Shown here one piece after another: positions 15,185 to 21,040 of a stretch of DNA of 21,040 bases (position 1 is its first letter; every line of letters starts with the position of its first letter). Origin of the DNA: Truepera sp. (lineage in GTDB: Bacteria > Deinococcota > Deinococci > Deinococcales > Trueperaceae); assembly GCA_965218435.1 (NCBI GenBank), contig CBDCKW010000008.1, positions 1-21,040 of the forward strand. The letters are read 5' to 3'. Below the pieces are notes generated by a model. It was not told the origin of the DNA and searched no databases. It saw nothing but the letters and a program-made list of their open reading frames with translations. Made by a program: the position numbers and the translations under genes.

Positions 15185-15904
15185 CTAAGAAATATAGCTC
15201 AAGAAATCATTCCCCAAATCAGTAAACTCCACCAAGCAGAATTTGCTCGAGTACGGTATAGGGACTTCAAACTGTGTTTCAGGAGTGCGTCTGGTAAAGG
15301 TGTCAGGGAAGTCTACCAGGCCATAAGAGCGTAATTCTTTCAGCAAACGTACATAGATCATCATGTCATCCCCAAAGTCAGGCAGTTCTCGCTCTAAGTG
15401 GGCTATAGTGTTTCTTCCCTCATACCCTGTACCATCATCAGTAGATGAATCTTGATAATAAACTTTTGTCTTTGAGGGGAAGACCAGAGCTTTCAAAAGA
15501 TTTACGTGTGAAACGGTAAGGTCGTCAATTAGCCGGAGATATATAAACTGGAGGTCTTCTTTAGCAGAACCCTGCAGTGCAGATTTTCGTACAGCATTGG
15601 ACAGCATTTGTAATTTTTCTTCGTTGTGCGTTTGCAGTGCTATTGTAGACGCTTTGAACACAGCACTGATGAACATTTCATTATCACCGAGAGGTTGAGC
15701 TTCTAAATTGTCCGTCCTCTCCTGAAGATCTTCTACTACATCGCTTAGGTAAGCCAACCATTTTTCTCTTCGACGCTCGATAGGTGGACCTAGAAGCTGG
15801 GTCATAACAGCTGATATAGAACCACCAACAATTGGGAGAGATGAAAGTGCTACTTGACTTGCTGTATAGGTGATATCCCTTATATCTTTTTTAGGTTTGT
15901 CCAC
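15185..15904 (-). CDS. Abi-alpha/DUF4393-like hypothetical protein (copy B)
   Basis: Identical translation to 4714-5433. Confidence 0.6.
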   Translation of the reverse strand: MDKPKKDIRDITYTASQVALSSLPIVGGSISAVMTQLLGPPIERRREKWLAYLSDVVEDLQERTDNLEAQPLGDNEMFISAVFKASTIALQTHNEEKLQMLSNAVRKSALQGSAKEDLQFIYLRLIDDLTVSHVNLLKALVFPSKTKVYYQDSSTDDGTGYEGRNTIAHLERELPDFGDDMMIYVRLLKELRSYGLVDFPDTFTRRTPETQFEVPIPYSSKFCLVEFTDLGNDFLSYIS

Positions 15905-15916
15905 AGGTATCTACTC

Positions 15917-16102
15917 CTACTCATAAGTTTTAGCCCCCATCAACCCGAAGTGCCGTTTGTCGAACATCACCATCCGTAAGTTGAGCCGTACCGCCATTGA
16001 CGCTATCGTTGCGTCAATGAGTGAGATGCGCTGATCACTGAACCGCTCTAAAGTAGCGCAGCACTGCGGCGGCCCCAGCGGACAAATTACAATCATGTTC
16101 AT
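15917..16102 (-). pseudogene. VapC/PIN C-terminal remnant (copy B)
   Basis: Identical translation to 5446-5631. Confidence 0.7.
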
Positions 16103-16246
16103 AGACCGGACGGTCCAGTAATGTCAGCCGGTCGTACCATTCTTCGCAGCGTTTATACCGCGCCCTCCTGATGTCGTCAAAATTTTGAGTTCTGACGAGC
16201 CGCAGGTAGGACAGACAAGCCAGTCGGCATCTGAGCATTTAGGCGG

Positions 16247-16531
16247 TCAGCGGTTCGGTTTTTCAACGGTCGGGTTTGCGGTCATTCCGGCTTCGGCCTT
16301 GAGCTCCGACTTAAGCTCGAGCACAAGCCCAACAGTTTCACCTTTGCTGTTTCGGTTAGCTTTCATATATCCGGCGTTCTCATCGGCCCTGATAAGTATT
16401 TCGATCAGGTTTCGGAGCCGTGCGGCCTCGCGACGCAGTTCTCTACTGCTGAGCCACGCAATTACCGCGCTGATAGTACCGCCTAGAACAACCCCAAGGA
16501 GCATGGATAAAAAAGCTTCTACATCCATCAT
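16247..16531 (-). CDS. Small membrane-anchored hypothetical protein (copy B)
   Basis: Identical translation to 5776-6060. Confidence 0.65.
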   Translation of the reverse strand: MMDVEAFLSMLLGVVLGGTISAVIAWLSSRELRREAARLRNLIEILIRADENAGYMKANRNSKGETVGLVLELKSELKAEAGMTANPTVEKPNR

Positions 16532-16839
16532 TGACCCTTTGACCGCTTGCTAGCTATCCGGTACACGTCGCGCTTATCGCCTGCCTTACGGATACCGATA
16601 ACCAAGACTGTCACGACACCCTGACGCACTGATATTTCGTAGACCGCTCGGTAACGCTGTCCAGCTAGGCGGATGGTGTAGCGGTCCTGAAGATTACCGG
16701 TTAAGGGTTTGCCCCGTTTGGCGGGTTCGGTCTCGAGGCGCAAAAGCCCGGTAGAGATTGCTTTACGGGTGCGCTTGTCGGTGATGGCGAGAAGGTCGGT
16801 TTCAGCGGCGCTGCTGAGTTCAACAATAAAAGTATTCAT
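16528..16839 (-). CDS. relE: RelE/ParE family toxin (copy B)
   Basis: Identical translation to 6057-6368. Confidence 0.92.
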   Translation of the reverse strand: MNTFIVELSSAAETDLLAITDKRTRKAISTGLLRLETEPAKRGKPLTGNLQDRYTIRLAGQRYRAVYEISVRQGVVTVLVIGIRKAGDKRDVYRIASKRSKGQ

Positions 16840-16882
16840 ATCCCGACGTTAAAGATTGGTGTGGGGGGAAACGACGCGGCGT

Positions 16883-17275
16883 TCAAAGCTCTAGCTCGGC
16901 CATGATTTCGCGTAGCGGCCTCGAGGCTGTCTCACCCGCTTCGTGTTGCCGCACACGCTCTAAGATGTCCGGGAAATCGTTTAGCACGGCGTCCGTTTCA
17001 GGGTCGCCGGTATAAGGCACGCCCGCGGCGGTGAGTTCGGCGCGTCCCGGCTCCACTCTCTCTAAAAGGTCGTCAAAGCTTACCTGCTCACCGGTGAGCT
17101 GCTCGAGCGCGTCAATCACCGCCGCAAGGGTGTTGAGGTCGAGGCGCTTCATATCGCCGCGTGCAAGGGCGTAAACACTTCCCTGGGCAGCGCGGCCCTT
17201 CGCTGTCTGTACTAACCGGTAGGTGCTCAGGTCGTGGGCGTCTAAGTAATCGTCAAGTCTTATGCGGATGTCCAT
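16883..17275 (-). CDS. XRE HTH regulator/antitoxin (copy B)
   Basis: Identical to 6412-6804. Confidence 0.8.
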   Translation of the reverse strand: MDIRIRLDDYLDAHDLSTYRLVQTAKGRAAQGSVYALARGDMKRLDLNTLAAVIDALEQLTGEQVSFDDLLERVEPGRAELTAAGVPYTGDPETDAVLNDFPDILERVRQHEAGETASRPLREIMAELEL

Positions 17276-17282
17276 ACTACAG

Positions 17283-17333
17283 ATAGTAGCATTACTAACA
17301 GCTATTGACAAGTATTACAGGATGTTGTAGTAT
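17283..17333. promoter_or_regulatory. Overlapping divergent promoters (copy B)
   Basis: Same sequence as 6812-6862. Confidence 0.75.
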
Positions 17334-17394
17334 AGAGACAGCTAAGGGCAACGCCTGAGAAACGATTAACCCTTAGCTAGAAACGGAGTTCCAA

Positions 17395-17604
17395 ATGCAG
17401 AATATCACCCTTAACAAAATCGCAGGCGCAAGCTACCGCACCCACGCTTTTAAGGTCTACAACGTTTGCCGTAACGGTGAGGTCGTCGGCACCGTTGAGT
17501 CTGACTTCGGGCTCGGCTGGAATGTTAAAGATGCTGAGCTGAACCAAGTCAGCCGTCACAGCACGATTAAAGCAGCGGTACGCGTCGCGGGACGGGCTCT
17601 TTAA
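17395..17604 (+). CDS. Small hypothetical protein (copy B)
   Basis: Identical translation to 6924-7133. Confidence 0.75.
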   Translation: MQNITLNKIAGASYRTHAFKVYNVCRNGEVVGTVESDFGLGWNVKDAELNQVSRHSTIKAAVRVAGRAL

Positions 17605-17768
17605 TGAGCCCCTTCTACTTTGCCGATGTCGAGATGTACAGCGACCGTGAAGAGGACTTACAAGCTTTATACGCAGAACTGGCTGAAGAGGATGGGGCAG
17701 AGGATGAGCTGCCCCCTATCATTCAAGACGAGCTGCCTGACTATGATTTTTGGGGAGAGGCGGCATGA
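17604..17768 (+). CDS. 54 aa highly acidic protein (copy B)
   Basis: Same sequence as 7133-7297. Confidence 0.75.
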   Translation: MSPFYFADVEMYSDREEDLQALYAELAEEDGAEDELPPIIQDELPDYDFWGEAA

Positions 17769-18097
17769 TTGCCCCTCTCTTATCTCAACTCACAGCCGCT
17801 AAGAACGGTTTAGAGGATGCTCAAATCAACCTGTGCGGCGCGGTCACTGCTCACGCTGAAGCCAAGCGTGGGCTCGAGCTGCGTGAAGCCCTGAAGCCGT
17901 GTGAAGGCGTTGACGGTAAGAACGATAAGGAGCGGACAGCCAAGCTTAGGCTCGAGCTGGGTGCTGAGTATGCGGCGCTCGCTGAAGCTGAGGACGCCTT
18001 AACTGAAGCCCGGTGTGCGTTTGAGGGAGCACGGCTCGAGTGGGATTTGTGCCGGTATCAGCTGCGGGTGCTCGAGCCCTTCAGAGAAGCGGCGTAA
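17765..18097 (+). CDS. Coiled-coil hypothetical protein (copy B)
   Basis: Same as 7294-7626. Confidence 0.72.
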   Translation: MIAPLLSQLTAAKNGLEDAQINLCGAVTAHAEAKRGLELREALKPCEGVDGKNDKERTAKLRLELGAEYAALAEAEDALTEARCAFEGARLEWDLCRYQLRVLEPFREAA

Positions 18098-18136
18098 GCG
18101 GCCTGATAAAGAGAAGCCCCGGTTAAGTGCCGGGGC

Positions 18137-19375
18137 TTAACAGTTGACATTGCCAAGCAAAATCCAACGCTTATCGCGCGGTTGTTTTTTATTTAGGTGA
18201 GGTTCAGCTTGCATTCGTGCCGGTATAAGTTCCTCGACCATTTCCTTATGTGCGAGATACTCCTCTACAGCCTTGGGAACTATAGAGAAGTCCTTATTAG
18301 CGGAAAAAACAAATCTGTGAGCCTGTATGACTTGCACCTCATTCCACCTGTCCGCATCACTCTGACCCAGCAATTCTTGACCTGTAATCCCTTTTCTGTC
18401 GGGAGTAATGAACAAGTCGAGATGGGGCGTGAGTGGAAACACAAACATCATAGGCGGGTGGTCTTCCACAATCTCATCTGTATAGAAGTGGACTTCCCCC
18501 ATTAGAGTCAAGCTGTACAAACTTAGCGCGTCCCAATCGTCGTCGCTAGCGGGAACAGCTAGCGGGTACAAGAGCAAAGGGCTATCTGAGGTCAAGCGGA
18601 AAACATCTTCTCGGTACCTCTGTACACTCCATTCCATACTTACAAGCCTTTGTACCAGCTTTGGAACCGACATCTGTAGTGATTGCGCCTGTTTTACGGA
18701 GGGGTTCTCGGCAAGGTATTTCAACATTTCCATGAACTTATCGCTCACCTTGCCCTGCCTATAGCTTTCCATATCGTGCCCTATCTCGTCAGCTATTCGG
18801 TTGAAGTGCTCAAGCTCTGTGTCAAGTTCTGCCATACGAGCGGCCTGCTGCTCCGGTGGCAGTTGAAGAGCCGCAAGGCGACGAGTTGCGAGGTCAATAC
18901 GCTCCCTTGAGAGCATTGCTTCTATATCAGGAACCGTGTACTGGCTGTTTTCCTTTATGAAGTCCTCAAAGTATTGTGGGTTATCTTTAGCGGCATCTAA
19001 AAGGCTCTGTGTGCTTTCTGACTGTAGACCGCGAAACTTGCTAGTGCGGTGGTGCTGAGTGGACAGAAAGAGTGCTAAGTCATGTAGGTCAGAGTAAGTT
19101 AGACCGTCCGTAGTTTTTGCTTCTATCAGCTTTTCCAGTAGTGGTGCGGCACGGTTCTCGAGAGCCGTTAAGCTATCGTCAATAATCTGAGGTTTTTCAC
19201 CTGTGATTCGGTAAAACCAGTCCTCCGACGCGATGTCCTCAACCATTTTATCGCCTATGTATCGGTCTTTTCCCTTAAAGTATGTGTGTACACGTTCTTT
19301 ACCATTACGGGATTCAGGAGTCTTGAACTGCTTGAGATAAAACTGAGGCACGTAATGCTGATTTTTTCCACCCAT
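18137..19375 (-). CDS. DUF4238 domain-containing protein (copy B)
   Basis: Identical translation to 7666-8904. Confidence 0.85.
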   Translation of the reverse strand: MGGKNQHYVPQFYLKQFKTPESRNGKERVHTYFKGKDRYIGDKMVEDIASEDWFYRITGEKPQIIDDSLTALENRAAPLLEKLIEAKTTDGLTYSDLHDLALFLSTQHHRTSKFRGLQSESTQSLLDAAKDNPQYFEDFIKENSQYTVPDIEAMLSRERIDLATRRLAALQLPPEQQAARMAELDTELEHFNRIADEIGHDMESYRQGKVSDKFMEMLKYLAENPSVKQAQSLQMSVPKLVQRLVSMEWSVQRYREDVFRLTSDSPLLLYPLAVPASDDDWDALSLYSLTLMGEVHFYTDEIVEDHPPMMFVFPLTPHLDLFITPDRKGITGQELLGQSDADRWNEVQVIQAHRFVFSANKDFSIVPKAVEEYLAHKEMVEELIPARMQAEPHLNKKQPRDKRWILLGNVNC

Positions 19376-19449
19376 TAGATACTTTAGCGTTTTGGCGTCT
19401 CATGAAAAAGCCCCGGTTAGATGCCGGGGCTCTTCTACGTGGTTTTCAG

Positions 19450-19734
19450 CTACTCGAGCAGCTCGGCGGGCAAGTCGCGTAAATGTTCACAGCGGGCGAT
19501 GTTACGCCAAACTGCACAAGCGTGACGTGTCGCTTCAGAGCAAGGCTCGGCGTGTTTTGTGCAGGTCGGAAGGAATTCAGGTGGTGATTCGGGCAACGGG
19601 CCTCGAGCGTAACGTTCCCAGACTCGAGCGTGATAGGGCTCCGAGGTTTCAAAGCTCAGTGTAAAGCAGCATAACGAGTTGGGGTCGGGCGGTAGTGAAC
19701 TGGTTAAAGCGTTGATGCGATTTTTGAGGCTCAC
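19450..19734 (-). CDS. Hypothetical protein (copy B)
   Basis: Identical translation to 8979-9263. Confidence 0.6.
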   Translation of the reverse strand: MSLKNRINALTSSLPPDPNSLCCFTLSFETSEPYHARVWERYARGPLPESPPEFLPTCTKHAEPCSEATRHACAVWRNIARCEHLRDLPAELLE

Positions 19735-19979
19735 TTATCATCTCCTTGGGCGACGCGGGCCTCGAGTTCAGTGAGGCGTTGCTCGAGTGTTTCGGTTTCG
19801 TAAACCCCCCGGTATGCGGCTGAACTCTGACTTACGGCGTGAACTGCACGCAGTCTGACCTGCGCATCATCGTGGTCTAAGAGGTCCGCAGCGGTCACAA
19901 TCGCGTGCCAAAGTTCTTTTTTAAGTGCGGCAAGGTCGCCGGGTTTACCGCGTCGCTTACGGCGTTTTTGTGTAGCCAC
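19731..19979 (-). CDS. Small helical hypothetical protein (copy B)
   Basis: Identical translation to 9260-9508. Confidence 0.7.
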   Translation of the reverse strand: MATQKRRKRRGKPGDLAALKKELWHAIVTAADLLDHDDAQVRLRAVHAVSQSSAAYRGVYETETLEQRLTELEARVAQGDDK

Positions 19980-20005
19980 AACACCTTACCCCCCCCGGCC
20001 TCAGG

Positions 20006-20311
20006 CTACCCGCGCTGACCAGGGCTGCGCGGCAAGTGGCGCTGGAGGTCGCTTTTTATCCTGCTCACCGTTGGCTGACGGCGTGGTGGGTTTAAGTTGA
20101 GCGTCGTCGCACCCGCTTGAATCTGTGAGACGCAGCTTGCCACCAAGCTCATGACTTGGGCGTGTTCGTGAGGCGTCTTGTCGGTTGAACCACGGAGCGA
20201 CTCAAAGAGGATTTGAGCATCTGTAAATGCGGGTGTGTTCGGGCAGTTCACAGAAGCGCAGGCTAAAAGGTCGCGTAAAGCGCCGTTGCGTTCGACAGTT
20301 TGTTCGTTCAT
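20006..20311 (-). CDS. Hypothetical protein (copy B)
   Basis: Same as 9535-9840. Confidence 0.6.
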   Translation of the reverse strand: MNEQTVERNGALRDLLACASVNCPNTPAFTDAQILFESLRGSTDKTPHEHAQVMSLVASCVSQIQAGATTLNLNPPRRQPTVSRIKSDLQRHLPRSPGQRG

Positions 20312-20355
20312 TTGAATCTCCAAAAGGTATGAGAGGCGAAGGGTTGACGGGCGGA

Positions 20356-20601
20356 TTAGGGGCGGGGCGGTGGGTCGCGGCCTCTTGGTTCAGCGTCGTC
20401 TATGGGCAACATCGCAGCGCCGCAACGGGTGCAGACGATGGCCTCGAGTTTTATGCCGGTCATGGCCTCGTTTCCGCAGGAACAGCGGTAACGGTGCGTG
20501 AGCGCGTCAATGCTGAGTGCGTCGCCAGTCTTGATAGGTGCCAGCGCGGTTTTGCGGAATAAGGGCGGCTGCTTTACGCCGGGTTTTGCTTTCGTGCTCA
20601 T
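20356..20601 (-). CDS. Small zinc-ribbon protein (copy B)
   Basis: Same as 9885-10130. Confidence 0.65.
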   Translation of the reverse strand: MSTKAKPGVKQPPLFRKTALAPIKTGDALSIDALTHRYRCSCGNEAMTGIKLEAIVCTRCGAAMLPIDDAEPRGRDPPPRP

Positions 20602-21040
20602 GCGGACCCGCCTATCATCCGGGCGAAAGTCGCTGAAGTCGCCAGGGTGTGCAGCCAAGCGGCGTCTTTTACGTCTAGTTTTTGCCGGATAACCTCAACT
20701 TTGCGCGGTCCGAAGTTGTCGAGACGGCCTTGCTCGAGCAGCTGAGCGAGGCGCTGCACGGGGTCGTCAGGGCGGCACACACTTTTCTCTTTAAGGGTAT
20801 CTCTAAGCAAAAGTGTGTGCCGTTTTTTCAGCGTTCTACACGCGATTTCTAATGTCTCTGCCTCGAGTGCGTAGGTGCCGGAGTGACTATCACCGGTGCG
20901 TTTTTGCTTGAGCCCCAACGCCTTCAGCCACGAGCCGACGTAGCGCACAAGGTTTTCTTTGAGGCGGGCCGCGTCGGGTAGGGCGACCGCGCCGACGAGC
21001 CACGAGCGGTTCTGTTCTATCCACAGCTGCAAAGGCCCCA
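20598..21040 (-). CDS. 3' end of rep, partial (continues into 238-1000 if the contig is circular)
   Basis: Translation equals the last ~145 aa of the 1031 aa Rep. Confidence 0.8.
   Translation of the reverse strand, partial: GPLQLWIEQNRSWLVGAVALPDAARLKENLVRYVGSWLKALGLKQKRTGDSHSGTYALEAETLEIACRTLKKRHTLLLRDTLKEKSVCRPDDPVQRLAQLLEQGRLDNFGPRKVEVIRQKLDVKDAAWLHTLATSATFARMIGGSA
20804..21040 (+). repeat. 237 bp terminal direct repeat of 1-237 (circular overlap or start of a third copy)
   Basis: taagcaaaagtgtgtgccg...aaaggcccca occurs at 1-237, 10333-10569 and 20804-21040. Confidence 0.95.

Larger units (their letters stand above)
10333..20803. mobile_element. Unit copy B, complete 10,471 bp unit without the deletion
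   Basis: Full repeat period; 10332+10471+237=21040; encodes primase-helicase Rep, TA system, HTH regulators and no housekeeping genes. Confidence 0.9.

Noticed and set aside
1..21040. CRISPR array, tRNA/rRNA, integrase, transposase, relaxase, reverse transcriptase or capsid genes
   Set aside because: No regularly spaced repeats, cloverleaf or diagnostic catalytic motifs seen in any ORF

Overview
The window is a head-to-tail dimer of a single ~10.47 kb mobile element: copy A (1-10332) + copy B (10333-20803) + a 237 bp terminal repeat of the start (20804-21040), i.e. most likely a circular small plasmid or phage-satellite-like replicon. The only difference I can see between the copies is a 139 bp deletion in copy A (junction 1000/1001, missing 11333-11471) that frameshifts the replication gene. 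Each unit carries: (i) a minus-strand, mostly translationally coupled replication operon (excisionase-like HTH, Cys-rich ORF, second HTH, a 1031 aa Toprim primase + superfamily-2 origin-binding helicase Rep, a Zn-ribbon ORF and three small ORFs); (ii) a MerR-like HTH/coiled-coil gene with local GTAGCG repeats (possible partition function); (iii) an XRE antitoxin + RelE toxin module followed by a small membrane protein, a VapC remnant and a low-GC Abi-alpha-like gene; (iv) a divergent strong promoter driving three small genes, one a 54 aa highly acidic ORF absent from the ORF track; (v) a DUF4238 defence-type gene flanked by a duplicated terminator hairpin. No integrase, relaxase, capsid gene, tRNA/rRNA or CRISPR array was found. 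Leaderless gene starts and ~10-fold CTCGAG enrichment suggest a Deinococcota host (inference). Two candidate antisense RNAs and a candidate origin inverted repeat inside rep are visible in the DNA. All family assignments are from motif recognition by eye, not database searches.
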